The position numbers and the translations under genes were made by a program. 64,000 bases of DNA from Pseudogymnoascus verrucosus. Its lineage: Eukaryota. The notes under the pieces were generated by a model. That model was not told the origin of the DNA. It ran no database searches and saw only the letters and a list, made by a program, of their open reading frames with translations. The stretch is taken from NCBI GenBank assembly GCA_001662655.1, contig KV460233.1. One strand, 5' to 3'. Of this stretch, positions 47,138-59,412 are shown piece after piece; the first letter of the stretch is position 1; each line of letters opens with the position of its first letter.

Positions 47138-49525
47138 GGTCGCTCGCTGGGGAGGCGTGAAGGAGTTTGGGTGATTGTGGTGTGAGGATGCCGCGATGGG
47201 AGGTGTTTGTCGTGGTTTGTGAGGGAGATTGCAGGCACGCTGGAGCTTAGATTAAGCGGGCCATGAGCGTGGACCGTGGTCTGGGTGTCGACACTGGGGA
47301 TGCCGTGGGTTGTGATGAGGTCTGTTTGTGCAGAGGAAGTATATGAAGGTCTGGCTTGATGTTAGGCAGATTCTGGGAGTATGTACAGTTGTCGAGAGTT
47401 GTGTAGGGAGTGGTAGATCGGATGGTATTTGGTGATGTTTGTGGGGGGAGCTTGGTATGAGGGTTGATAGGTGGTAGGTGGTGGGTGCTGTAATGGAAAC
47501 AAACTGGTGTACTGTCAGCACTGTAGACTGGTCAACGGCACACATTTAATCCGTAGAGTACCTGGAGCTGTTGACGTTATAGATGGTCGTTGGTGTCTCA
47601 GTATAGGTACACTGCATATATATTATGCATACGGAGATAGTATAGTTAGAGTATAGTTAGAGTATATACCCAGATATACAGATCGATCACATATGATATT
47701 ATGGCTTGTTATGGTCAGATAGCATCTCTCCCCTATCAATGGAACTGTGAGCACGGAGCTGCCAGTAGCTAGATGGCTAGCACCTGCCAATAAACCCCTC
47801 TTCGGGATTTAACGGGGTACGGGGTACGGGGTCCAGACGAATGCAATAATATTAACGGTCGACTGTTAAGGTTCAGGGGGTGACAAGGGGCAGGTCAGGG
47901 TCCAAAATGTACACCACACTATTTTTTGTAACGTTAGCCACGTGATGCACAGTGGTTATTTAGCTTCGTGCCCCTCTTTAGAGTACTGCCACTACTGACT
48001 GCCACATTTATTGTGTTCCTGCCACATCATGGCTCCATTGCTGGTCCATCACTGAAAGTACGGCACTGTATCTCATACTCCGACGACCGTTTCATGGTGT
48101 TTAGCCTCTTGGAACGGGTATCCCGTATAGTTACAGCCTAGAGAATATAGTAAATATATAATAAATACTACTGTAATATCGATACAACTTTTAGAGTGAC
48201 TGGACACTTACAATCAATCTCCCTATCCTCCCCCAAAATACCACCTCATCAACGCCTCCAAACCCCCATCCATCCTAGAATCCTAGCAATCCCAGACGCC
48301 GCCGCCATCCCATTCCCAGCACATGCAGCCAGCCAGCATTGGGACCTAGCTGCCCTGCCCCCTTCCTCGTGCAGACCCCGTGCAGCTCCGTCCTCCTTTC
48401 TAGTAAGTCGGGTAGTCGGGGGCGTGCAGGGTTAGCAAAACCAGACGATGATCTGCCGGGCCCCTGTCTACAGTACCGTCCCGTGCATCATTTTTATGCA
48501 GAGTACACGTATCTCGTCACTTTTTTATTATCATCAAAGTCATAGCTTCAACGACACGGGCCGAGGGGAGGAGGGGAGCTGTTGATAGCGTTTTATACTT
48601 CTTTATGTCTTGTTGTTAATAGAGTGTTCTGCTTAGAATTGCCTGTCCTGGAATGTGTCGTAGAGAAGAGGTAGGATGAGTCGGGATTGTGCTGGAATGT
48701 GTTAGTGTGTTGTTTGTTTATGTTATGTTATTTAGGGGTTATCCTATCCACAGCCCAATATCGACCATACAGCACCTTGATAGTGGAGTTAACTCTGAAC
48801 TCTCTACTGCAGTTAATTGCTGTACTGTGACATGAATAGTTCAGAAAATGACGCCCGAATGCTCCCCAAGAATCTTAAGGACCAGCTGCGACTGGCTGAT
48901 TGTTCTCTTGGGCTGTTACTGGGCTGTTCCTAGGCTGTTCCTGGGCTCTGGCTGGGCTGGCTGTCCCCTCCCTCCAAGGTCTCCAAATATTAAAATTTGG
49001 AGCTGCGCCCGTTTTTTAGTTACCACATTTCGACGGGTTCAACTTTTTAAACACCACTCTAACTTCACACTATGAAAGGTACTTCTCTCCCAAGCCAACG
49101 GCGCGCGGTTACCCAAGTACCCCGTACCCAATTACAATATAATTACTCTACTCGTACTCCTCAATTCACAGCCCAACGTTGAATTTGAAGCTCATTTAAA
49201 ATTCTAAAATATGATTCCAGCCTATCCCATGTCCTTCCTCATGGGTCCAGTTACCCCCCTACCCCCCCAATCGATCCCCATCCCTCCCCCAAAAGTTACT
49301 CCTGGAATTAGAGAAGCGAAACAATCCTAATCAATCCTACCACCTCGACATTTCTATACTCTACCTACTAATCTACTACTCCTCCTACTCCCGTATAATC
49401 ATTCTCCAAATACCTCATTCCTCATTCTTCATTTCATTCTCTTTCCCCTCTTACTTCATTGTCCTTACTATCCAGAAAGGCCATTATGACTTTACCCTGA
49501 TTTTGAACCCTTGTGCCCTTGAAGA

Positions 49526-52500
49526 GTGACCATGACCATCGGGTCTGTGGTACTTCCGCTTCTACGACGGCATGGATCATCCTCAGAATTAAAACCCACG
49601 CATGCAACAACGGTCGCCGCAGCCACTTCCACTTCCACCTCAACCACCAACCTCGACTCAACAACCTCAACCCACGAGCGCCCTCCCAATCCACCGCCGC
49701 CCATACGCCAGACCCGCCGCCCATCCCCCGGATTGGCCGCGCGACTCAAGGCCCTCGGCTTCACCAGCGACTCCAAGCAGCGCTCACCCTCCTCCACCGA
49801 CGCACCAGGCTCCAGCAGCAGCGACTACATCGGCCGCATCCCCGAAGACCACATCCGGTCCATCGACTCCCTGCACCGCGCGAACTCGACCAGCTCCCTC
49901 GTCCCCCGCCGCGGACGCACCTGGAGCTCCAACAGCAGTAGCAGGCAACACGCTCCACAGATCACCGGTTCCGCAGAGACAGGCTTCACTGTCTTAGATC
50001 CTGCGGCCGACCGCCGCGCGAGCGACGCTACACAAGACCTTACACCACCCGCGATAATACCAGCAGCTACAGTAGCCGCGCCAATACCACCTCGTGCTGC
50101 TACTGCGCTGTCCGTAAGCGAGGCGGCCGTTCGGGCGGACGAAGTCGCGAGGAGAGACCCTTCACCCGTCCCCAAGGTCGAGATCAGCGACATGAGTACC
50201 TACGACGCGCCCTTCGACAGCGAGGACGTCCAGAAGTACCGCCTCCCTGAGCACGTCAACGGTAATGGCACCAAGGCCACGCTGGCCACGAAAGTAGCGC
50301 ACCTGGAACGCATGGATGATCCGCCGCCGCCTATGCCGCTGCCGAAGGATCTGCCTGATTTGCCGGCGGGAGAGGATGATTTCTCGGGGGATGTGCAGTC
50401 GTATTTTAACCCGTTTGGGTTGCAGAGGGCGGGTTCGATATATACCCTCTCGAGAGTGTCGTTTGCGAATCAATTGGCACAGTTAACGTCGCTGCAGCTG
50501 CCGGATGCTGGATCCCTGGCCAGCAAGGTGTCAGCGATACCGACGTCGCATGCAGCGGCGAGAGCGTTGATGGGCGCAGCGGAGCAGATAAAGAGTTGGA
50601 TATCCAAGGCGTCGGAGGTGCTGGACGGGCTGGACGCGGATGATGATGTTGAGTGGGCTGCTGCGGGTGGCCGTGAGGGATTGGAGGATGTGGATAATGC
50701 AATTGTGCGGTTCGAGCAGCTCATCAGCGTGTATGTGACTGCGATTGAAGAGTTACAGAATAGGACGGATATCTCGAACGTGCCAGCGAGCGAGCTTACG
50801 ATGGTGGTTACGCAGGTGGAGACGATATTGAGTGAGTGGGAGAAGATACGGCGGACGCTGACGGAGGTCAAGGGACAGGTTGGCGTGGCTATAGAGTGGG
50901 AGGAGCTGTGGAATGTCGTGCTGGGAGATATTGGATATGAGATGGATATATTAAGCACGTTGGTATTTGAGATGGAGGAGAAGCGGCACAAGTCCCTCCT
51001 GGCCGAAGCCAGCGAAGAGGGCGTCGATCTGAAAGACCTCGAGACGATTGTCGAAGAGACACCACCTACCAAGGTCATCCACAACAAGAACCGCTTCAGC
51101 GTCGCTCCCGCGCCCTTCCCCTTAACCCCGAACTCACCAAGCACACCCACCACCGCACAAGACGACTCGAGTCTCCTCGCCCTATTCGCACGCATGCAAC
51201 CCCTAAGAGCATCCCTTGACTTCCTCCCCATGCGCCTCTCCACCTTCCACTCCCGCGCCGAAGACACCTTCCCCACCGCCTGCGACGAGCTCGAAGGCCG
51301 CCGCGACGGTCTCGAAAGCAGCTGGGCCGCCCTCGAAAAGGACGCCGCCTCCCTCCGCCGCGAGCTAGGCGAAGACCGCTGGGTTCTCGTCTTCCGCGGT
51401 GCAGGCCGTCAAGCGAATAAAATGTACGAGTCCGTCGGCCGCAGTCTCTCCAAACTCCAAGAGGCGCTCGACAACGGCACACAGGCGCAAAACGCCTCAA
51501 CCTTAGTCCAAAAGATCGAGAACTACGAAACCAAAAAGACGCACTACGGTCCCGCCATCGAGCGCGTCCTCGGCATAATCGAAAAGGGCGTCCAAGATCG
51601 CCTCACCGTCAACGGCGAGATCGTGCGTCTCCACTCCGAGATGCAAGGGAAATGGGAAGACCTCAAATCCCAAATGTCCGAGCTCGACAAAGCCGTCGAA
51701 GCCGCCCAAGCCGGCCGCCGCGAACAACAACTCCGCGACTACGTCTCAAGCCTTATGTCCAACGACCGCTCTTCCACCGTCGGTTCCGCCGCCGACACGC
51801 CCGGTAGCTCCCCGGCGTCATCGGTGATTATGTCCAACCTCGCCCACGGCACCGATCCCACCACCCCCGGCAAAGCAGGGAAACCCCGCGCCCCCACCAC
51901 GGGGCTCCCGCAGCCGGGATCCAGACACACGCCCCTGAGCGGGAATTACCCCCGCCGCAACCTCTCCGCGCCCCGCTCCTCGGGGTATGGGAAGCCGACG
52001 TATACGCCTACGCCTGCGTCGCGCGAGGCGTCTGCTACGCCGACGGGGAGGATTCCGAGACTGTCGTTCTCGTCGGCGAGTATGGCGGGGAGACCGAGGT
52101 GGAATTCCAGCGTCAAGACGGAAGATGGGCTTACAGGACATAATTTCAAGCCCTTGAGTGCTGGGACACCGAGTCCCTACGCGCGCGGCTCGACGCCGAC
52201 AGGAAGCCGTAACGCATCCTTCGCCGAGCGCGCGCACGAGCGGTCCGGCAGCGCCTCCAAGATCCCCTTGCGCAGATCGATGGGGGGAGAGGAGAGTCTG
52301 GGATCACCTGGACCGCCGCCGCCAGCGGAGGGCGCATCGCCGAGGCTACCACAAGTAACAACCCCACTACCGAATCGGACAAAGAACCTCGCCTCATTCA
52401 AAGACCGCATGGCAAGCCCCAGCCCAGGTCCATACGCACAACAACCCATGTCCTCCCCCGGGGGCCTCAAAGCGAGTAGACGGCTAAGCGTACAACCCAG

Positions 52501-52819
52501 CCCCGGGGCTAGATCAGTATCGAGAAGGGCGTCTATGCAACCCCTCTCTAGCGAAGGGGGGTCGGAGAGGAGTACGTCTACGAGTCCGTTGGCTGTGGCG
52601 AAGCGGCCGGGGAGTTCGCTGGCGGGGACGGCGGGGGGGAGGAGAACTAGTTTGCTGCCGCAGCCACGCGGGAGGGAGACAACGGGGAGGGATAGTAGGG
52701 CGGGTGGGAGGGAGAGTCCGGCTGTTGTGGGGGCGAGGGTGGCGATGAGGAGGGAGGGGAGTGTGGTTGGGAGTGCGAGTGGGGGGGATAAGGATAATAA
52801 GCCGAAGTGGAGGGGTTGA
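49526..52819 (+). CDS. KAR9: Karyogamy/spindle-orientation protein Kar9 family
   Basis: 1097-aa ORF; helical core with EWEELW and DDSSLLALFARMQPLRASLDFLPMRL; S/P/R-rich tail with SKIP and RIP EB1-binding-like motifs. Confidence 0.88.
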   Translation: MTMTIGSVVLPLLRRHGSSSELKPTHATTVAAATSTSTSTTNLDSTTSTHERPPNPPPPIRQTRRPSPGLAARLKALGFTSDSKQRSPSSTDAPGSSSSDYIGRIPEDHIRSIDSLHRANSTSSLVPRRGRTWSSNSSSRQHAPQITGSAETGFTVLDPAADRRASDATQDLTPPAIIPAATVAAPIPPRAATALSVSEAAVRADEVARRDPSPVPKVEISDMSTYDAPFDSEDVQKYRLPEHVNGNGTKATLATKVAHLERMDDPPPPMPLPKDLPDLPAGEDDFSGDVQSYFNPFGLQRAGSIYTLSRVSFANQLAQLTSLQLPDAGSLASKVSAIPTSHAAARALMGAAEQIKSWISKASEVLDGLDADDDVEWAAAGGREGLEDVDNAIVRFEQLISVYVTAIEELQNRTDISNVPASELTMVVTQVETILSEWEKIRRTLTEVKGQVGVAIEWEELWNVVLGDIGYEMDILSTLVFEMEEKRHKSLLAEASEEGVDLKDLETIVEETPPTKVIHNKNRFSVAPAPFPLTPNSPSTPTTAQDDSSLLALFARMQPLRASLDFLPMRLSTFHSRAEDTFPTACDELEGRRDGLESSWAALEKDAASLRRELGEDRWVLVFRGAGRQANKMYESVGRSLSKLQEALDNGTQAQNASTLVQKIENYETKKTHYGPAIERVLGIIEKGVQDRLTVNGEIVRLHSEMQGKWEDLKSQMSELDKAVEAAQAGRREQQLRDYVSSLMSNDRSSTVGSAADTPGSSPASSVIMSNLAHGTDPTTPGKAGKPRAPTTGLPQPGSRHTPLSGNYPRRNLSAPRSSGYGKPTYTPTPASREASATPTGRIPRLSFSSASMAGRPRWNSSVKTEDGLTGHNFKPLSAGTPSPYARGSTPTGSRNASFAERAHERSGSASKIPLRRSMGGEESLGSPGPPPPAEGASPRLPQVTTPLPNRTKNLASFKDRMASPSPGPYAQQPMSSPGGLKASRRLSVQPSPGARSVSRRASMQPLSSEGGSERSTSTSPLAVAKRPGSSLAGTAGGRRTSLLPQPRGRETTGRDSRAGGRESPAVVGARVAMRREGSVVGSASGGDKDNKPKWRG

Positions 52820-55069
52820 GAAGGGGGGGTGGTTCCCTGAACACGAAATCGATGCGGGGAGCAGCGGTCTTTGTGTGTGTTTAACTGTCTGACTGTTTGA
52901 CTGGACTGTTTGACTGGACTGTTTGTTATTATCGTTGTTGTTGTCGTTTGATACCACTTTGATCATCTGGATTTTTTGTTATTTTTTGTTTAGCGATTCG
53001 CTGTTTTTTTTTTCCTGGCTTGCTGGCTGGGAGCTGAGGGCTGGGGGCTGGGGGCTTGATACATGGTTTTTGGGGGCTGGATCAAGGAGGGGTGCTGGGG
53101 GGGGTGAGGTGTATGATAGATAGGAATTGGACTGAACTGGGGTGGACTAGGAGGGTTGGGGATTGTGGAAGGGGGGATGGCAGTGTACGAAAGTAGGGGA
53201 GTGATAAGATGAGATGAGTGAGATGAGAATTGAGACTGTGTGCTTTTATATTGAGGGAGTTGCTTGTGTTGTGATGTGACGCTCCTGGTGTTGATGTGAC
53301 TGCTCCTGGTGTGGGTGTGGTGGGTTTGTGTTTGTTGGTGGGTGGGTATGTGTGTGTGTGTGTGATGAGATGGGCGAATGGGGGTTTGGGTGTTTATTCT
53401 GTCCTTGATGCTGTTGTAATTTGTCCATGGCCACTGTTGTTCTGTTCATCTGGGTTTTTGGATGAGTAAGTGTCTGTGAATAGAGGCTTGATTGAGTGTT
53501 TATTCTCACTCTGCTTCTGTTTTATTTGTCAGCTATCATCTATGTGGTATCGTTGTTCTGTGGGTCTTGGGGTTGATACTCTGGTGTGCTTGGGTGGTGT
53601 CTATCTATACTATGACTGCGTACAAGTATTAGAGTGATGAGAGTATTATTTAAGGTTGTTTTTATTATTGTTCTTTTAATAGATGTGGTGGAATTTATTT
53701 AGCTTACCAACTTTAATATTATTCTGTAATATATATTTTAAAAATATATAAACTTGCGACCCGTATATATATTATTTCATAGTTATTCTTGTTCTATTTA
53801 TTTGTCTGTGACTGCACTATTGCTGTCCGACTTTACTGTGTCTATCAACATTGCTCCGCTCAGCTTCGGTCCATTCATGACTGCGAGCACATACAAGAGT
53901 GAAGAGATGTAAGAATAGAGGCTGCCTGAGTGTTTATCCCTAGTTCACCCCCGTTATATTTGTCTGTTTTGTCCGTCTGCGGCAATTTACATGGCTGTTC
54001 TGGGTATCTGTCCATCAACGACCACATCCACGTCCACAATAGTGACAAGATGTGAGAGAATAGATCCGTTTAAACTGCCTGAGCTTCATTCTTCTCATCT
54101 ATAATTGTCTATGATCACCTACATTGCTGCTCTTGACTTCTGTACCTGTGACTCCCCAAAACCAGTCCGTCGATGTTAGTCCACCCCTATCGTATGATTT
54201 CATCGTCATAAATCATCCCATCCACGTCCTCTTCCCAGCCCTGAAATAAATCATGCCATCCAAAATAGGAAGGGACGATAGTCCAGGCACATCCAGGTAC
54301 TGCCCTGTCCCCATGATTCCCCTCTACATCTCCAACAAAAGGAAGGAGCGACCTTCCTTATTTCCCATCATATCCCATACCACCCACACACCATCTCTAG
54401 AGAAACTTACCCACCCCTTTAAGCATCTATACCGGAGTATGGGCCGATATTTCGCCGCTTCGCTTCGCTTCGCCTGTTCTTTGTGGTAGTGAACTTTGCC
54501 GTCGTCGTCGCTAGGTGGTCTGGTAACCTTTCGTGTTTCTGTAAACTGGATGCGTTCAACAACACATACTTTGCATACTTTGCACAACTAACCTTGTATA
54601 CTTGCTCCTTGAGAGCTGGGGGGTTGTGAATAGAAGCATATTCTTCCTATTCTTTGATTGGGGACGCGACAGAGAGGTTTTATAGGTTTGGTGAGTCTGA
54701 ATATCTCCAGTTTTGGCCGAGGTTGGGTGTGAACTTTAACACCACCTTCTCCTTTGACCTCCTCAGAGCTGAACAGAGAGTTTGTAAAGAAGAATAAAGA
54801 CAAGAGAGACCTTTATACCTCATTCTTTCATCCCTTTCTTCCTTTGTGGTGGCTTGGCTGACCAAAAACCCCTTTAACAGCTTGCTCTTCAGCAACAAGA
54901 GCTTTCCTCACTTGAGGATCTTCAGAGATCAGATAACTTGCACGACATCCCATCCAAAGGTATGGAGAAGCTGATAACCCCTTTCCTTTGGCTTTTGCTG
55001 ATCTCCTTTCACAGTTTGCTCTTTGCTTCTCCCAAAAAGGGCGTTCTCACTCGAGAGTACTGAGAGATC

Positions 55070-55187
55070 GAAAATATTTGCTCCCATTCTCATTCAACAA
55101 CCAGAGCCCAGAAACATTTGTTCCCCCTTTATTCGACACCCAGAGCTTAGAAATATTTGCTCCCCCTTTATTCGACAACCAGAGCTT
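55070..55187. repeat. 39-bp tandem repeat, about 3 copies
   Basis: agaaacatttgttccccctttattcgacacccagagctt (55110-55148) and agaaatatttgctccccctttattcgacaaccagagctt (55149-55187), plus a diverged copy at 55070-55109. Confidence 0.9.
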
Positions 55188-55344
55188 GGAATAGCTTTGC
55201 AGGATATATATCATCTTTCTTTGATCGGTATCTATACAAGCCGATCACCCACATAAAGCTTGCTTGATATTGCTGTCCAAGCTTGTCTGCTTCAAGCATA
55301 TATAACCTGATCACCAAGGTGTGATCAGTTGAGAGTTTGACATA

Positions 55345-58300
55345 ATGAGACCCTCAACATACTTTGCCGAGATTGGGGAAGTGTTCGTATTCAACATGGG
55401 TGATGAGCTTGTAAGTATCCCAACTTACCATATGCACCAAATGTCCCCTAAATGCTAACTGAGACAGATGCAAGAAATAATCCACGGCGACTATCTGATA
55501 GTCTACGTCCAGAGCATTGGTGGCCGCCGCCCACCTAACGAGATCCACCCGACGTCAGAGAGGATGGTGAGAATTTTGCCTGTCGGGGGGAACGGCGGGG
55601 CCAGTGCTTCCGGTCCCCAAAGCTTCATCAGATTCAACAATCATTTCCGCAATATCCGTGACCTTGTCTTCTACCCAACTAGGAAGAACGAGAGGGTCAC
55701 TCTCGACAACTTGAAGGGTCCAAGCCCACAAATTGCATCTCCGGAGGACGCCAATAAGAGTCCCATGGCTGCCGAAGCTGGGGTTCGCATGGCAACAGGT
55801 GATAGATCCTGTACGATATTCAACGATTTTGATGTAGATCCATTGCCTTTAGCGCATGATGACCGCATGGAGCATCTATTTGCACATACCGATAACATAC
55901 GCCAGAGGGGCTCCGTAATTTCCTTCGGTATGGTAGTCAATGATGATAAAAAAACCGGCTATGAATTTTGCCAACTTGAATTCGCAGCTGCCGAAGGAGA
56001 CAGGATTCTCATCGTGGCCATCAAAATCCCAGACGAAAAGAAGAAATTTTCCAGTCTGAAACTCAAGAAACAGATACTGAATGTAGATTTGGAAGAGCTT
56101 GTCATCCAAAACTTCATTGGAGTTGACAAAGGCTTCTTCGCCATAAAGGAATATGGGAAGCAAGATGGCGATGAGACTAGTGCCCCTCTGGGCCCAAAGA
56201 GCCATGAGTTTTATAACCTCGACCTTGAGAAGTCCATGGAAAAGGACCTGTTCGAGAACTATTCGCACGAGGTTGGAAGAGTGTGCCTTGAGGCGAATCA
56301 ATTCAACGCTGGCCTGTTTGAGGAGTGGCGCGAGATGATCCCATCCCAGACCATGGACGAACACCTGAAGAATATTTATGAGCTGTACACTCAGGAGGCT
56401 CTGTCGATTGTCGAGCAGTTGAAAACGCCTCCTATGGACGGTAGCGACGGCGGCCACCAGGATCTTACGGCCTTGACCGGCGGGAATGACCAGTTGAGAC
56501 GTAAGCTGCACATCGTTCGAGATGCACAGACGTATGTGATGTCGAGGCGTAAAGATCTGGAGTTTGAGCGCGTCCAGGAGTACAACTTTGGGAAGAAGAT
56601 TGGACCAGGTTTGCCGAGGCCTAGGCGCACCACAACAGTCATACGCAGGCCGACAGGCGGCTACATGGCGCCTCGCCCTCACATCCCAGATCTGAGCTAT
56701 AGCAGCGGCAGTACGACGCCCCGTGCTCGAACCCCAACTCAGGGCCACATCCGCGGCAATATGACCAACGTGACGCCCCGTCCTCGCGCCCCACCTCTGA
56801 GCTACAGCAGCAGCCACATGGGCGGCGATACGACCAACGTGAGGCCCCGTCCTCGCACTCCACCTCTGAGCTACAGCAGCGGCAATATGACCAACACGAC
56901 GCCCCGTCCTCACACCCCATCTCTGAGCTACAGCAGCGGCAGTACGACGCCGACCAATTCTCCTGTTAGGAGAGCACAGATGGTGAAACTGGACAAGGGG
57001 AAGGGGAAAGAAGTGCTTGCTACCGGCAATGAGACGCTGAAGGAGATTTTGGAGAGACTCATGAAAAATCCTAGCTTCATCCGGATGAAGGATAAACCAA
57101 AAGGCAAATATACTGCGGGTGAACTGGTCCGCCTGCGCCGCCAAGCCGAAGAGAATATGTGGAATATTAAGATCCCTTCTTTGGGAAGAAGTCTGGTTTC
57201 GGATTCTGGTCGTGGTGGGATGCTTCATCTTACTGTTGACCGTTCCCATTCTTTGGGAAGAAGTCTAGTTCCGGATTCCGGCGGTAGTGGGCTGCTTCAT
57301 CTGACTGTTGACCGCTCCCATTCTTTGGGAAGAAGTCTGGTTCCGGATTCTCGTGGTGGTGGGCTACTTCATCCCACTGTTGGCCATCCCTTGGGAAGAA
57401 ATCGAGTTTCAGACTCTGGTGGTGGTGGGATACTTCAGCCTACTGTTGACGACCATCGTGGGCGAAGAAATCGAGTTTCAGACTCTGGTGGTGGTGGACT
57501 ACTTAGTCCTACTGTTGGCCATCCCTTGAGAAGAAATCGAGTTTCAGACTATAGTAGTAGTGGGATAATTCATCCTACTGTTGACGACCGTCCTTGGAGA
57601 AGAAATCGAGTTTCGGACTCTGGTGGTGGTGGGCTACTTCGTCCTTCTGTTGGCCACTCTGTGGGAAGAAATCTCGTCTCTGACTCTGGTGGTGGTGGGC
57701 TAGTCCGTCCTAATGCTGGTGCTGGTAGAAATGCTGGTGCCGAAGAAGGTGCTAAAGCAGGTGCCAGAGCTAATACCAGTGCTCGACCAGGTTCCAGAGT
57801 TCATCTTACTGTCGAATATGATGCTGACACCCAAACTGGTGCTAATTCCAGAGCTGATGCTGGTGGCGATGCTCGTACCAATACCGTTGCTGGTAGCAAT
57901 GCCGCTGCTAATGCTGATGCTGGTGGCAAAGGTGCCCAAGCAGGTGCCAGATTTAATATCGGTCCCCAAACAGGTTCCAAAGCTCATGTTGCTGTCAAAT
58001 ATGATGCTGATACCCAGACTGGTGCCGATACCAGAGTTGATGCTGGTGGCGATGCTCGTGCCAACACTGTTGCTGGTAGCAGTGTCGCTGCTAATACCCT
58101 TGCTACCATGGATACTGGTGCTACCGTGGGTGCTAATACTGGCACTGCTTTGAATACCGACAATGATGAAGATTGGGAGTCGAGCGATGACGATGAAGAA
58201 GGAGGTGTAAGCTTGACGCCCGAGCCAGTCAACACCAAGCAGGAGCTGCCGCCCCTAGCCACTCTGTCCAAGCCGCGTACTCTGGATGGCCAAAGCGATT

Positions 58301-58584
58301 CGGTGTCCTCTCGTTCAACCCAAGAGAGCATGGCAAGGAAGCGTAGTCAGAGACCTCTTTCATCCGATGAAGATTCACCAGTGAAGCGTAGCCAGAATGG
58401 TGGTGGCGGTGTGTCAATCAGAAGCGTCAGCACCGAGGACAACTCATCTTCCAATGATGACCGTAAAATCGAATCCGGAGGAGGAACACCAGACAAGGCT
58501 CCAAGCCCAAAGAAGCGCAAACTGTCTGATGATAACCATGCTGCTCCGGGGGGTGGTAGATCGGACATTACGAAACTGACGTAG
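55345..58584 (+). CDS. Large orphan protein (~1060 aa) with three internal repeat families; probable short first exon and intron ~55411-55467
   Basis: 1038-aa ORF. An upstream ATG at 55345 joins it through a GTAAGT..GCTAAC..CAG intron, and the repeat indels are all multiples of 3. Confidence 0.75.
57178..57717 (+). repeat. Coding minisatellite: 8 units of 66-72 bp (consensus about GR.RVSDSGGGGLL.PTV..H)
   Basis: Units visible in both DNA (ggaagaa..gtttc.gactctggtggtggtggg) and protein. Confidence 0.92.
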
Positions 58585-59412
58585 TTGATATGTTGCTGTT
58601 GTGGATGGAAAGTCTTCGATTTCAGGCTATAGGTGGTTGCATATTTGTGGGGTAGTGTTGTTTGTTTGTCGTTTTTCATGGTGGAGCTTACTGGTCTTTC
58701 TTTATTTGTGCTTTCTTAGACAGCAGATCCTCGAAAGGGGGTTGTGTTGTCTGGCACCGGCAAACAGTTTGCGGGCTTTTTTATATGCGATTTCTTTTCT
58801 GACAGATTCCGGCAGCTGGTTTCAGTTGTTCGTCATCTTATAGTTGTTTGGTTTTTTTCAGCAAGTACAAACTCCAAGACAGCAGTTTCTCACTTGAAGA
58901 GCAGCATTCCTGGGTTCCTGAAGAGGAGGCTGTTCGATAGATGGGTTTTAACGGAGCGGTTGTGTACGTTATTTTCATTTCACCTTTTCTGAATAGCAGG
59001 GAAGGAATACAGATGCGATGCCTTTATAGACCCGGTGCATAAAAAAGTGACCCTCAAAGTGCCGTGAAATAAACGTTCTTATATTAAGATTTAAGACCTT
59101 TATTAAAGACGCCATCCAGGTGATCGTCCCACACCACATGCAAGGGGCCACACAATAACCCACAAGGCTGCGAAAGGTGGTCCGTGCGCGCCACCCATTT
59201 CCACGAACGAGGCTCGCGACATCAACGACGGCTACAGGTGGGACAACGGCGAACGCGCATACCAACCACTCCCACGCATCCACACTATCTACATTTCTGG
59301 GCATACGATCCAGCGGCCTGAGTAACGATCTCTCTACAAGCGAATTGGAGCGGGTCAATTGGGCTGCTCTGCGGTGTTAGGGGCGCATCGTACGACCGGC
59401 GAGTTTATCAAG

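Noticed and set aside
47630..53330. Short simple repeats (tatagttagag, ggggtac, gggctgttcct, gactgtttgactg, gatga) and the gctcagg run at 3215-3269
   Set aside because: Ordinary slippage-type microsatellites with no higher-order structure.
53640..53810. AT-rich patch as an origin or centromere-like element
   Set aside because: Only ~170 bp with no diagnostic motif; compatible with ordinary intergenic DNA.
54928..54936. ATCAGATAA, an SreA-type iron GATA site
   Set aside because: About one match is expected by chance in 64 kb, and it is far from the metal genes.
55876..57249. 457-aa antisense ORF and hydrophobic alternate-frame ORFs in the orphan gene
   Set aside because: Explained by the repeats and codon structure of the + strand gene; no independent evidence.
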